Source: Chiloscyllium plagiosum
Taxonomy: Eukaryota
Reading direction: 5' to 3'
DNA length: 64,000 nucleotides
NCBI RefSeq assembly: GCF_004010195.1
Contig: NC_057756.1
Location: forward strand, 467,805-531,804
Part shown: one piece after another, positions 13,307-26,819 of the stretch
Numbering within the stretch: position 1 is the first letter of the stretch
How the letters are laid out: every line of letters begins with the position of its first letter
Position numbers and translations under genes: made by a program
The notes under the pieces: model-generated
Told to the model about the DNA's origin: nothing
The model's database searches: none
What the model saw: the letters and a program-made list of their open reading frames with translations, nothing else

Positions 13307-14530
13307 TGTGGCTGATATCCTTTTAAACCTTTCTTATCCATGTATTTGTCCAAACGCATTTTAAATGTTGTTAATGTACCTGTGGCTGATATTCTCCTAA
13401 ACCTTCCCTAGCCATGTATTTGTCCAAATGCCTTTTAAATGTTGTTAATGTACCCTCCTCAACCACCTTTGCTGGCTGCTCTTTCCATATCCGTACCACC
13501 ATCTCTGTAAAACAGATTCCCCTCAAGTTCTCTTTTATTCTTTCCCCTCTAATCTTGCACCATAACCCTAGGAACATGCCTGAGTACATTCACCTTACCC
13601 ATGCCTCTCATAATCGTATATACTTCTATAAGATACCGTTTCATTCTCCTATGCTCCAAAGTAAAATGTCCAAACTTGTCCAACCTCTCTCTATAACTCT
13701 GACCCTTGAGTGCTTGCAATATCCTTGTAAATGTCTTCTTTACTCTTTCCAGTTTAGTAACATCCTCCCTTCAACAAGGTGACCAAAGCTGAACTCAATA
13801 TTTCAAGTGTAGCCTCACCAGAATCCTACACAACTGCAGCATAACTTCCCAACTTCGATACACGCTGCCCTGACTGGTGAAGGCCAGTGCGCCAAAAGCC
13901 TTTGTCATTGCCCTTGACTCCACTTTCAGAGAACCGTGCACCTGAACTCCAAGGTCCCTCTGTTCCACTAGACTGCTTAAGGCCGTACCATCCACCATGA
14001 AACTCCTACCTTGATTTGACTTTCAAAAATGCACTTATCTATATTAAACTATTTACCAATTCTCGGCTCACTTCCCCAGCTGATCAAGATCCTGCTGCAA
14101 TTTCAGATAACCTTCATCACTATCCAGTATATTGCCTATTTTAGTGTCATCTGCAAACTTGCTAATCTTGCCTCATACATTCTCATTCACATCATTGATT
14201 TGGATACCAAATAGCAATGGGACCAGCACCAATTACCAAAGCACACCATTAGTGATAATCCCCGGTCCCACAAGCATCCTTCCACTATCATCCTCTGCTT
14301 CCTACCATCAAGCCAATTGTGTATCCAATTTGCCAGCCCCCTCTGGATTCCATGCGATCTAATCTTCCAGAGCAACCTATCATGTGGAACCTTATCAAAG
14401 GCCTTACTGAAATCCATACAGACTACATATATCACCTTGCCCTCATCAACATTCCTGGTCACTTCATCAAAGTACTCTAACAAATATGCGAGGCATGATT
14501 TCCTGCACAAAAAGCCATGCCGACTACACT
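13307..14530 (-). mobile_element. CR1 LINE 3' fragment with a 74-bp tandem duplication (13307-13380 / 13381-13454)
   Basis: CMDFSKAFDKVPH, EQRDLGVQVHGSLK, FKRHLDKYM present twice. Confidence 0.88.
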
Positions 14531-15325
14531 TAAATCATACGCTGCTTTTTCCTGAAGTAAAACTTCAGATGTAAGACAAAGAAACACTAAATGTGATCTA
14601 AAGGACAACAAAGTTGGCCACTTCACTCACATCGTGGTTGAAATTGATTCAAGTCAAGCTTATAGAGTTGAAGCATGAGTCAGGGTTAACTGTATGCAAT
14701 TTAAAAAAATGTAAATTTAGGTTAAATGAAATGATTTAAATTTGAAGGTAGGTTTGATGAAACAAGAAATAAATGTTGCAATGAGTTTATTTGTACTTAA
14801 AGAGTTAAATAAATAAGGGTTTGTTAAATTGAGTTCTGAGTCAGTTCCTTGTCTTTCACACCAAAGAAGAATACTTTGGTGAAAGGTTTGAGTACTATTT
14901 TTTGGGAATTTACTGATGGACTTTTCTGCATGAAAGTCTAAATCAGTAATATAGCTCACAAAGAGCAAAGGCCCCAACACGTAACCGTTTGTACGACTAC
15001 TGAACACAGACTTCAGTCGGAAAACATTACTCAACAATCACCCACTGGGTCCCACCACTCAGGCAACTGTGGACTGAATTTGCCAAGATTCCTTGCATCA
15101 GCAGGTCTGGCAGCATCTGTGAAGACAAAACAGAGTTAACGTTTCAACTCCAGTTCTCATGAAAGGTCAGTATTTTGATTTCAGATTTCCAGCACCACTG
15201 TTCTTTGTTTTGTTTTTGAGTATAAACGGAAAACAGTTTCAGCGAAGACAATGTTCAAAATGTTTTTGAACCTTATTTGTAATTTTGAGACACTACGATG
15301 CTAAGAACGTTTTAATTTCTCACAG

Positions 15326-15352
15326 AGGAAAGCTTGGACAGATGCCAAGAAG
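15326..15352 (+). CDS. Micro-exon 4 (27 nt, Cys exon); EESLDRCQE
   Basis: tttctcacag|AGGAAAGCTTGGACAGATGCCAAGAAG|gtaatc. Confidence 0.85.
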
Positions 15353-15850
15353 GTAATCAAAATATACATTAACAGGAACATGATAAAATTTGAAGTCTCT
15401 GTCTTGTAACTCCTATTCACGCTTCATCTGATTTCTATTGCATCATAATGAATTCTAATTTTGGGAACAAACCGCTGATATTACAGTTCTGTGAAACCAT
15501 CACTCTGTTAGAGTTCATATTTTGTTGTTTTCAGCTGAGAAGCACTGGACAACATTGTAAAATTTCCCATGTAAATCATTCCAAAACTTCAGAGACGCTG
15601 CAACAAAAGTTCGGATCCTGGAATTAAATGGAGAGTTTCTTATTCTGAAACTGATCCCATTAATATAAATCTGCACGTGAAGGGACATAGATCTTAATGT
15701 TATTTTTCACGAGAAATTCACTCACTTTTCTGTTTATCTAATAACACAATTCTAAAAAGAGGATCAACATAAGATTCAAATTCGTATTTCAAAGCCAATT
15801 ATTTTGAATAACCGCAGCAAAGTCTTGTTTTTACTCTCTCTGTCGATTAG

Positions 15851-15877
15851 ATTTGCAGCACTATTCGAAAAATGACG
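15851..15877 (+). CDS. Micro-exon 5 (27 nt); DLQHYSKND
   Basis: ctctctgtcgattag|ATTTGCAGCACTATTCGAAAAATGACG|gtaggt; starts DLQ like exon 9 and follows a Cys exon by ~500 nt as exon 9 does. Confidence 0.72.
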
Positions 15878-17768
15878 GTAGGTAGATATATTCAATCTGA
15901 CCAGGCAAACGTTAAATCTCCTCATAAACATTTGTATATATTAACTTACAATGCCAGGGCAATTTGCCGTTGAGTTTTTCATGGCCACTTACTGAGGACC
16001 AGAGGTGATTTTGCCTTGATTTATTGAGAGAATAAAACAATGAAGATATTTTGTCTCCCCTCCAAATTTGAGTTAGTCCGTTTCCTGATGGTTATTTTCA
16101 GGAACCATTCAGTCAAGTTGCACAATTATACATTCATCGTATTACCTAACGGAATATGCATTGGTCATATTGTAGTTGACTATTGGGTTCCATCACTTTT
16201 CTGTGTCCCGTAATGCATTAGGTATATTTCTACACTATCACTGCAATGTAACTTTGAAACATGTATGGACATGGTTTAATTGCTATGCACACATGGTCTG
16301 TTGCCAAGTCAAATCAGACCCTGAAAATAGTCGGTTATGACCACCATTTTGAATTCTCATAGGATATAATATTAATGGAAAGAATTAACGGTTAATTCCT
16401 ACTAGTTCATGGCGTTTATATGCAAAAATAGTGTCAGCATTCCCTCACCCATATTTTATCGTTCTAGAAATTATGGACGTATACTAACATTGAACAGTGT
16501 CATTCTGAGAAACGAGCTTTACCTCTCCTTCTCTATGAGCAATAGAGCAATGATTTGGACGCAGTGACAATGAACAGACAGAAATACAAATTCCTATCAG
16601 GATGTCATGTGATTTTCTGCCTTAAGTTTATATGTTTCTTTTGAAAGAGCTTTGTTGATGTGCTGCAATGCATCTTTCGTGTTTAATACTTTTCCAGCAC
16701 CGTGAGTCAATATCTGAATGAGTGAGCCTCTCAAATTCTCTGAATGAAGCCAATCAATCACGAAGCTGTGCCATGAGGAATCAAGTATCTTGGGGTCTCT
16801 TTGGAACTGCATCATCGAGGCAAGCGAAGATCATTCCTTCAACCCTTAAATGTGCCTTGCAGATCTGGGAAGTTTTTTTTTAAAGCAGTTAGGGGTTGCA
16901 GTGCAGAAATTCCAGCCTCTTTGGTGTCCTGTGAACCAGGTATTTTTTCATGTTGCTTGCTCCTTATAAATTTCTGATTCCTGCTCATCCATAGGGTAAC
17001 GGACTGGATTTAGCAATGGTAGAAGTGTTATAAAATTAGGAGGGATTTCAACCCAATTCCCTTCACCCGAGTGGTGTGGTTGTCTGGAAAGTGAGCAGTG
17101 GAATTGTTATGTATGATTGGCTCACTTAAGGCCATTTAATGAATTGTTAAGTTAATAGAGGCTTTGCATTTTCTGTTTACGTAGAATCTATCACATCGCT
17201 GTATATTGTTCAGTTTAAATCAATGCCACTGAAGGCTTGTTCCAGGAAACTTCACTTCCTAAAATGACTAAAATAATATGGAATATTTCATCCCCAAAAC
17301 ATCACGACAGTTGATAACTTTCTAAAAAAAGATAAGAGCTACGCTGAAGTTACTCTTTTGTAATATGTCAAGTCTAAGGAAATGAATTGATCATAAGAGA
17401 AATGTCATCTTCTGAGTGAGGGAAGAACGCCTTCAAATAGATTTATTTAGAATTATATCAAAAGTATACTTCATGAGTTTTATCGTCACAGTACAGAGTG
17501 GCTCAGACATTCGGCTGTCCAGGTGGTCATTATGACAGCATAGGTAAGAGCTGAGCGTGGGCTCACTGTGGATTCCGATTGCAGCGTTCTCTGAAGGAAC
17601 TGCCTGCGAGGTTAAAATTTCCACTACACAATTCCTTTCCACCTGGACCTAACCATAAGCCTTATTGAAAGTGGAGACATCAAATGGCTGAGATGTTACT
17701 CAGCACAAAATGTTGCCATACAGTCGTAGAGATCTGTAACATTGAGAAAAGGCCCTTAACCCATCGTG

Positions 17769-17977
17769 GAGAAAGTGAGGTCTGCAGATGCTGGAGATCA
17801 AAGTTGAAACTTTATTGCTGGAACAGCACAGCAGGTCAGGCAGCATCCAGGGAACAGGAGATTCGACGTTTCGGGCACAGGCTTCCTGAAGAAGGGCCTG
17901 TGCCCGAAACGTCGAATCTCCTGTTCCCCGGATGCTGCCTGACCTGCTGTGCTGTTCCAGCAATAAAGTTTCAACTT
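17769..17977. mobile_element. Penelope-tail-derived hairpin element, 82-bp inverted arms, 14-bp flanking direct repeat
   Basis: Arms 17801-17882 / 17896-17977 (1 mismatch); cttaacccatcgtg at 17755-17768 and 17975-17988. Confidence 0.9.
17883..17916 (+). ncRNA. Minimal hammerhead ribozyme motif (Penelope-type)
   Basis: ttc-CTGAAGA-a-gggc-ctgt-gccc-GAAAC-GTC-gaa. Confidence 0.75.
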
Positions 17978-19578
17978 AACCCATCGTGTCAAGCATAACC
18001 AGCTGACTATGATAAACCCCCTTTCCAGCATCTGGCCCATAGACCTCTATCCTTGGCATCGCATGTGCACAAATTCCGTGGTGTTCTGTATCGACCAACC
18101 TGAGAAAAAGTGAGGTATATATTTCCTCACATCTCCCCTCAGCCTTTGTCATGTTCCTTACATGTAAAGTTGACCATGAAATATATGCTCAAATTCCGGA
18201 GTAACTATTAAACTACACGCCGCCCTCCAACAGCTCTTCCTCTAGTTTATAGACATAAACTGTTAGAAATGGGGTAAAGTGTTTTTTCAGATATAGAAAA
18301 AGCATACAGAAAAGGGGTACAGCAAGAGAACTATTAACCTTGCAGGTATTTAGGGACTTTTCAGTGTACAATTGTGGTTAATTAAATACTAACTTTGGTG
18401 TGTAATTACTATAACAAAAAGTTTTTTTTTATAAAATTATGCTTTCAGCAAAAAAGCTGAGATAACCGAAATGCTTGAGCTATACAAAATGATACAAGTT
18501 AATGAAATGTCCAAGGATGGAATGTACCAGCAGAATTGATACAAAATGTTAGACCAGATCTTAACAAAATAAATGTATGTGTCAGCATTTACAGAAAGGA
18601 AGGTTGCCAACCTGGGGAAAGGGGAAATAATAAGGGTGGAGCGCAGCTGGGCAGTGGTCTGGTACAGTAAGAGAGATTGGGTAATTAGGAGTCTGGAGAG
18701 ATCACCTCACTCAGCTCAAAGGGTATAACTGTACACTAACCTAAGTTCAAATTTGCTCATTTGCTTCTGCATTTGATGCCCTTTCTTGCAAGATCGTAGA
18801 ATAAATTGTCTTGTTTCCAGTTTTGGTGGCCTCGTCTAAATTTTATTAAACTTGTTTCTAACACCCCAAACCATTATTTGACACGTACTCACCCGCAAGC
18901 CCCGAACTCACTTCTCCTGTGCCGAATCTGATTCGGCACCCCACTGGTCATGAAGCTCCATTTGTGTTGGTACACAAAAGCTTTCGGACCCAAACTGACC
19001 GGACCCTTCTAAGACATAAATTCTCTTTCTGCCCGTCATTCGTCCGTACAGACCAGGGCCAGTTACTGAGGAATTTCAATGGGAGAATATCTGTAACATG
19101 CTTTATGTTATATTTGATCCCGTTCCAGAAGCTGGTGCATTTGTAATCATTGGTCAATGGTTTGAATGTTGTCCAACATAACATTAGCGCAAACAGAATG
19201 AACATCCAATTTGATAGAGACTGAGAAAAACTTCACACGCATATTATGGATGGCTATTCATTAGGTATAGTGTGTTTAACGTTAACCACAATTGCAAAAA
19301 TTGCCAGTTCCCTTGTAATAAGTTCGAATTGATCAGGTTGGGGGAAGGGGTGGTGTGGGGAAAGACTTCTTCAATTTGTAGCTGTACATTGGAGAGAGAC
19401 GTTATGTTCACAATCAGTATTGCTGCAAGAACAAATTGAGAAATTCATAAAGACCAATCGGATTCTGGATGGCGATTTTGCAGTGCGTTAAAAAAAAATA
19501 AAGAGCTGATGTGAAATTCAGCAGAATAATTCAGTTCCACATTTTACTGAATAAGTTGAACTTTTCTTCTTGCATCAG

Positions 19579-19605
19579 ACCAACACCTGAGAGATGTGAA
19601 AGCAG
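19579..19605 (+). CDS. Micro-exon 6 (27 nt); DQHLRDVKA
   Basis: cttcttgcatcag|ACCAACACCTGAGAGATGTGAAAGCAG|gtaaaa; paralogous to exon 14 (DERLRDAKE). Confidence 0.85.
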
Positions 19606-19979
19606 GTAAAAAAAAACTTGTATTGCGTTTACATTAGAATGGCAGAAACTTGCATAAAACCTCGATTTATACTACATCACCAACAAAACAAAAGCAGGAA
19701 TTGAATGATTTCTCTTTTATATGCTACCTTGTCTGTCCATTATTGCCTTGTACTCATTTATTGGCCAGATGCATAACACATCAGATATTGAGTGCAAATA
19801 GTTCATTTTTCCAGTAATTTCATGATGACCATATAAAACCTTAAACATCAATTATTATATGATTTTTAAAAAATCGATTGATGTGTGTTTGCATGCTTTA
19901 TTATTAAAGAAAAGCTAAACTGGTACACGGACACATGGTTTTTGCTTTCTGTGCATTACGAATTAGATTTGCTATAGGT

Positions 19980-20430
19980 TATAGAACATAGAACAATACA
20001 GCGCAGAATAGGCCCTTCGGCCCTCGATGTTGCACCGACCTGTGAACTATTCTCAACTCGTCCCCCGACACTACCCCAAAATCATCCATGTGCTTATATA
20101 AGGATTGTTTCAATCTCCCTAATGTGGCTGAGCTGACTACATTAGCCAGTAGGGCATTCCACGCCCTTACCACTCTCTGCGTAAAGAACCTGCCTCTGAC
20201 ACCTGTCTTAAATCTGTCACCCCTCAATTTGTACTTATACCGCCTCGTACACGCTGACGTCATCCTCCTAGGAAAAAGACTTTCACTGTCTACCTTATCT
20301 AATCCTCTGATCATCTTGTATGTCTCTATCAAATCCCTTCTTAGCTTTCTTCTTGCCGATGAGAATAGGTTCAAGTCTCTCAGCCTTTCCTCATAAGACC
20401 TTCCCTCCAGACCAGGCAACATCCCGGTAA
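19980..20430 (-). mobile_element. CR1 LINE 3' end
   Basis: RRDLIETYKMIRGLDKVD...FFTQRVVRAWNAL; (agaacat)n tail. Confidence 0.92.
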
Positions 20431-21319
20431 ACTGAGAAAGTAATTAAGGTATAACAGGGTTGCTCGCATTTAGCTGAGTCAGTGAAGACAACAAATCCAT
20501 TGACAGCTGAGACTACCTGAACTGATAAATATAAACTATTTCCACTTAAGAATGGTTAAATTTGCAGTTTATGTAGCTACTTAACGTTACCCTCTCCTGT
20601 TTTCCTCTCTACTGACAGCAGGTTCGAAAACTGACTTGCATACGCACATATACTCACATACACACACACACATACAACACGCCCAGAGACAAATGTACCA
20701 AATGTTCTTTCTGTGGCAGTCAATTTTTTGTTGCAAGATGAATGAGTTTCAGAGATTATATTGCCTTCGAACCTGACATCTGGATTCCAGGCACGTGCTA
20801 ACTGCTGCAGAATAGCATGTGATGGTAAGCATGGGATACTGTAGGGGTGTCCTTATTTGTGCAAAAAGACTTAAATCAAACAAGGAGAGTGGTTTTGCTT
20901 AGGGATTAACTACAGTTCGGGCGCATTTAAAAAAAAGAACATTAAATTTTATAATTTCCTGATCACTGTCTTGGGTAAGGAGCTAGCCTGTCTACAGTAA
21001 ATCAGAATTGAAAGGTATGTGCATGACGAAAACATTGCTGTGGGGGAAAACAAACAACAGCAACGATTTCGATTCCTGAGACAATGAAATCCGAACTGAA
21101 AGTAGTGAATGTCACTGATGCTGTGTGGAGACTCGAGACATCACGAATAATTTCACGAGGAAATGTAGGGTTATAAGGTAATTGACATCTTGATAGAATG
21201 GGTAGCAAAAGCAGATTGTCTGGCTATGTCTGTGAATCAATGATGGAATTCATAAAACAAGAGCAAGCTATAGAATCAGTGGGACTACAAAAAAAGTAGC
21301 AAATATAAGAATTATTACA

Positions 21320-23620
21320 ATAGAACAAAGAACACAGAACAATACAGTGCAATACAGGCCTTCGGCCCTTGATGTTGCACCAACGTGTGAAACCTATCTG
21401 AAGTCCATCTAAACTACACTATTCCATTAACATCCATATCTTTATCCAATGACCATTTAAATGCCCTTAAAGTTGGCAAGTCTACTTCTGTTGCAGACAG
21501 GGTAGTCCACCCTCTTAGTACTCCCTTTGTAAAGAAAGTACCTCTGACATCCATCCTATCTCTATCGCACCATGCTAGCCATCACCATCTGAGGAAACAG
21601 GCTCTCAATGTTCACCCTATCTAATCCTCTGATCATCTTGTATGCCTCTATTAAGTTACCACTCAACCTTCTTCTCTGACGAAAACAGCCTCAAGTCCCT
21701 TAACCTTTCCTCATAGACCATCCCTCCACACCAAGCACCATCCTGGTAGATCTCCTCTGCACCATTTCGAATGCTTCCATGTCCATCCTTTAATCCATCC
21801 TTCCAGAACTATAGACAATGCTCTAAGTGTGGCCGCACCAGAGTTTTGTACGGCTGCAACATGACTCCGAAAATCAATCTCTCTACCAATAAAAGCTAAC
21901 ACACCGTGCGCTTTCTTAACAACCCTATCAACGTGGGTGGCAACTTTCAGGGATCTATGCATGTGGACACCGAGATCTCTCTGCTCATCCACACTACGAA
22001 GAACCTTACCATTAGCTGAGTAGTCTTTATTTCTGTTACTCCTTCCAAAGTGAATCACCTCACACTTTCTCATATTAAACTCCATTTGCCACCTCTCAGC
22101 CCAGCTCTGCAGCTTATCTATGTCCCTCTGTAACCTGCAAAATCTAGCACTGTTCGCAACTCCACCGACTTTAGTGTCATCTGCAAATTTACTAACCACT
22201 CTTCTACGCCCTCATCCAGGTCATTTATAAAAATGACAAACAGCAGTGGCTCCAAAACAGATCCAGCAGTACACCACTAGTAACTGAACTCCAGGTTGAA
22301 CATTTCCTATCAACCCTCTGTCTTTTTTCAGCTAGCCAATTTCTGATCCAAACCGCTAAATCACCTTCAATCCCAAAACTCCATATTTTCTGCAATAGCC
22401 TACTGTGAAGAACCTTATCAAATGTTTTACTGAAATCCATGTACACCACATCAACTGCTTTATGCTCATCTACCTATGACCTATTCTTCACAAATCCGTG
22501 TTGACTATCCCTAAACAAATTATTCCTTTCTAGTTGATTATAAATGCTTTCTCTCATAATCCTTTCCAACAATTTACCCATAACCAACGTAAGGCTCATT
22601 GGTCAATAATTACCAGGGTTGTCTCTACCCCCCTTCTTCAATAAGGGTACAACATTTTCTATCCTCCAGTCTTCTGGCGCTATTCTTGTAGACACTGACG
22701 ACATAAAGTTCAAAGCCAAAGGCTCTTCAATATCTCCATGGCTTCCCAGACAATTCTAGGATAAATCCAATCAGGCGCAAGGGACTTATCCATTTTCATA
22801 CTTTCCAGAATTGCTAACACCTCCTTCTTATGAACCTCAATCCCATCTAGTCTAATAGCCTGTATCTCAGCATTCTCCTTGACAATATTGTCTTTTTCCT
22901 GTGAGAATACTGATGAAAAATATTCATTTAGTGCCTCTCCTATCTCTTTTTACTCCTAAAATAATATCCCACTACTGTCTTTGACAGGCCTTAAACTTAC
23001 TCTACTCATTCTTTTATTCCTGATCTATCTACAGAAAGCTTTAGGGTTTCCTTGATCCTACCTGCTAAAGACTTCTCATGTCCCCTCCTGCCTCTTCTTG
23101 GCTCTATCTTTAGGACCTTCTTGGCTATTTTGTAACTCTCAAGCACCGTAGCTAAGCCTTCACGTCTCATCTTTATATACATCTCCTTCCTTTTGACAAG
23201 AGCTTCAACTTCTTTAGTAAACCACAGTTCCCTCAGTCGACCACTTCCTCCCTGCCTGACAGTTACATACTTATCAATGTTAAAAATCACACAACACCAG
23301 ATTATAGTCCAACAGGTTTAATTGGAAGCACACTAGCTTTCGGAGCGACGCTCCTTCCGAATCATGGATACTTATCAATGACATGTAGTAGCTGTTCCTT
23401 GAACAAGCTCCATGTTTCAGTTGTGCCCATCCCTGCAGTTTCGTTTTTCATTCTGTGCATCCTAAATCTTGCCTAATTAGTTCATAATTGCCTTTCCCCC
23501 AGATATAACTCTTGCCTTGTGGTACATATTGTCCCTTGCCATTGCTAAAGTAAACTTAACCGAATTGTAGTCACTATCACCAACGTGCTCATCTACCTCC
23601 AAATCTAACACCTGGCCTGG
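21320..23620 (-). mobile_element. CR1 LINE, 5'-truncated, decayed
   Basis: [36 protein letters not shown]. Confidence 0.92.
23280..23367 (-). mobile_element. Short insertion into CR1 with 13-bp TSD; probable Penelope-family terminus with truncated hammerhead
   Basis: atacttatcaatg at 23267-23279 and 23368-23380; minus strand reads GA-aggagcgtcgctcc-GAAAgcta. Confidence 0.7.
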
Positions 23621-23896
23621 TACATTTATGCGTTCTGTAAAGGTCACTAATCTTTAGATCTGAGAACACTGGAGGAAATAATGAGGATTTGTAAATGATG
23701 AATGCAATAATTATGTGTAATTTAAGTTATAGGCAGTTCATACACTTTAGATTGGTAACATTAACTTGGAAGGCGTGTTACAAGAGGCTTCTGTCGATCA
23801 ATTTGAATGAGCAATGCTTTTATAGCCAATCGGGGAGCAGACTTTCTGCACCTGGAAATGTGTAGTGAAAGTGTATTAGCTGGTTAGCAGTGATAA

Positions 23897-24215
23897 TAGG
23901 GTGGCACAGTGGCTGAGTGGTTAGCACTGTTGGTTAGCACACAGAGCCTCAATTCCAGCCTCAGAAAACAGTCCGTGTGGGGCTTGGACATTTTACCTGT
24001 ATTGGTTTCCTTCAGGTCCTACTGGTTTCCTCCCACACTCCAAACATGTACAGATTAGGTGGATTGACCATGCTAAATTGCCCATTGTATCTAGGGATGT
24101 GAGATTGGGTGGGTTAGACATGGGCAATGGTGGGTTCTGTGATTTGGTGGTGGGTCTGGTTGGGATGCTCCTGGATGGTTGATGTGAACAAGATGGGCCG
24201 AATGTAGGGATTCAA
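23897..24215 (+). mobile_element. HE1-like SINE (degraded)
   Basis: gggtggcacagtggctgagtggttagcactg...ccatgctaaattgccc. Confidence 0.75.
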
Positions 24216-25079
24216 TGAACAACATGCTTGAATTTTCAGATGTTATATTAAACAAATGCAATTCCACATTTTTTTTTAACATCATGCGATGGATGAGAGC
24301 TCAAATGGGAAACATCTGAGAGTTTCAACGGAGTATCAGGAATATATGATGGATTAAGTATGGTCATGCCATAATATTGACTAAGAAGTTCGGAGGAACA
24401 ATTGGTAAGTCCATAAACGATGTACAAAGGCAAGGTGAGTCCTGACTATGTATGTATTGAGCACCGAAAGATGTTCATGATGTCCACTCAGCCAGGAATA
24501 CCTTCGAATGGAAAACCCATAGAGTATTTTGGGGAAACTGTTCAATTTCATATAACTTGGATGAATCAAGTTAAAAAAATAAGCAACATGGAATTGATTT
24601 TAATCCCTTATGTATGTATGTACATCACACTTGATTGATTAAGCATTTTAATAGGTTATTTTGCCATGAAATCTTATTGCTAACAAATGTCTGTGAGGGT
24701 GACAATTACAGGGCTGAATTACTTTATTACTTTTTATGATTGTTTTGAATATTGTTATGATCATTTTTTTTCTCATCATTCTCTTGCTCGTTGTTTTTGC
24801 AGTTGACATCAGTGGTTTAATAGCTTGAAACTAACCTATCATTTTTAAATGACAAAGTCGAATGCCTGAATCTTATGAAACATTTTTTTATACAGAACTC
24901 CAAATCATAACAAGAAATTCATAAAAGCTAAGCATCTGCTTCAAGTCACTCAGCAATATGTTAGGCTCAGCAGCCTCAAAGATTGCCCTCAAAAAGCTGA
25001 GTATCATATTATTTATCGCCAGCCAAGTGCCAATTTGTGATGTTGGCATTAATTGCTGTTCCTGCCAGTGTCAATGCAC

Positions 25080-25380
25080 AGAGCACACTCACTGTGCACA
25101 AAGTGTTGGTATCCCTGCGGAGACTGCCAAAGGAGCAGCTGATTCTGTCAAAGAATTGGATCACACCCCCCCAGACCAAAGATGTGCAGGTAAGGAGAAT
25201 TGAACATGCTAAATTGCCCATCATGTTCATGGATGTATAGGCTAGGTGCATTAGTCAGGGATAAATATACACTAATGAGGGAGGGGAATGGGTCTGGGAA
25301 GGTTACTCTTCAGAGGGTCGGTGTGGACCTGTTGGGCCAAATGGCCTGTTTCCACACTGTAGGGATTCTACGATTCTATG
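25080..25380 (+). mobile_element. HE1-like SINE 3' part with short inverted 5' piece
   Basis: ccaaagatgtgcagg...ggcctgtttccacactgtagggattcta. Confidence 0.7.
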
Positions 25381-25979
25381 TCTATCCGTAATCAACCGTG
25401 CATTGAGATTTTAACAGGTGCAGATGACCTTTCTTTAAAGGTTCTTTGGTTCAATGTACATCCTCTTGTGTGTTTTGGGTCCGCACTCTAATTGAAAAGA
25501 AAGGACTGTGGATGCTAACGATGTGTAACAAAATCAGGAGTTGCCGGAAGAGAGCAAAATTAATGTTTCTTGTCCAGTGCCTCTTCTTTACTAAGGCCTC
25601 TTTTCTGTCTTTGTAGGATCATAAACTAACAGCCTACTGGCATGGTTGAGGATTGCACTTATCACAACATACTGATCGCCAGAACGAAAGTTAAACATTG
25701 TTGCATTTAGACTGCGCTGTTATTTTGCCTTTGGTCACATCATCCCATTCATCATGCCAATGTATTTTCAGTTGTCAACATCATCACTGTTCAGTTCATC
25801 ATTCTATTTTCCTCACTGGCTTCCAGTGGATCAGCACGGGCTCAGGAGCGAAACAGGGAGGAAAATGGTTTACACTGGTGCAGGCAGAGAAAGAAAGGGG
25901 CAAGGGATTTGGCCTGGGAGGTAGATCGGAAACAAAAGTAGTGTGGCGATAACCTAATGGCACATTCAGCAAATGCACA

Positions 25980-26540
25980 GTGATGTCCATATTTATTGTG
26001 CTAGGGTTGAGGTGGCCGAGAGTTTCAAGTTCCTCGGAGTAAATATTACCAACAATCTTTCCTGGTCCGTCTACATCGGTACTGCAGCGAAGAAAGCACA
26101 CCAACACCTCTATTTCCTCAGAGGCTCAGGAAGTTCGCATATGCGGACTGACTCTTGCAAATATGCAAATATGCACCATAGACAGCATCGTATCCGGCTG
26201 CATCACAACTTGAGGCAACTGCCATGCCCAATACCGCTAGAAATTACAGAGAGTTATGAACGCAGCCCAGTCCATCACGAGCAACAATCTTCCGTCCATT
26301 GACTCCGTCTGGACTTTTTGCTGCCTCCAGAAAGCAGAACACATAATCAAAGACCCTTCCCATCCCATTCAACATCTCTTCCACTCTCTTCCATTGCACT
26401 GAAGATGCAAAAGTTCGAAAACACATAATCAACAGATTCAAGTTCAGTTTCTTACCTGCTTTCATCATTTATGAACGGACCTCTCTTACATTCCAATGAT
26501 CTTTGATCTTTCTCTGCATCCTCTCTGTAGCTATAACACT
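25980..26540 (+). mobile_element. Rex1/Babar-like LINE 3' fragment
   Basis: VAESFKFLGVNITNNLSWS...KKAHQHLYFLR. Confidence 0.7.
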
Positions 26541-26819
26541 ATATTGGTTTATGACCTTGATATTCCAATATAAGACATGATTTACCTAGATAGCACTTTT
26601 TACTATATCTTGATAGATAGGACAATAATAAATCAAATTTAAGCAAATCAAAATAACATCCGCATTGAGAGGAAGCAAGGAAACAAGCACAGACAGAATG
26701 GATTCTAACTTTCCACTATAATTCTGTCGCGGGAGATACAGAGCCTTGCGTGAATTCGGGAAGAAATTGAGGAACAAAACCAACAGTTACAGTTGCACTT
26801 CAAAAGAGAAGTTATAAAT

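Noticed and set aside
15535..15570. 36-nt AG..GT segment resembling a micro-exon
   Set aside because: In-frame TAA in the phase-1 reading.
18291..18316. Micro-exon-like segment after ttttttcag
   Set aside because: 26 nt (frameshifting) with a weak donor; the longer version contains a stop.
20753..20824. 72-nt open phase-1 segment with a gtaagc donor
   Set aside because: Weak acceptor; Pro/Gly-containing peptide does not fit the cassette; no other support.
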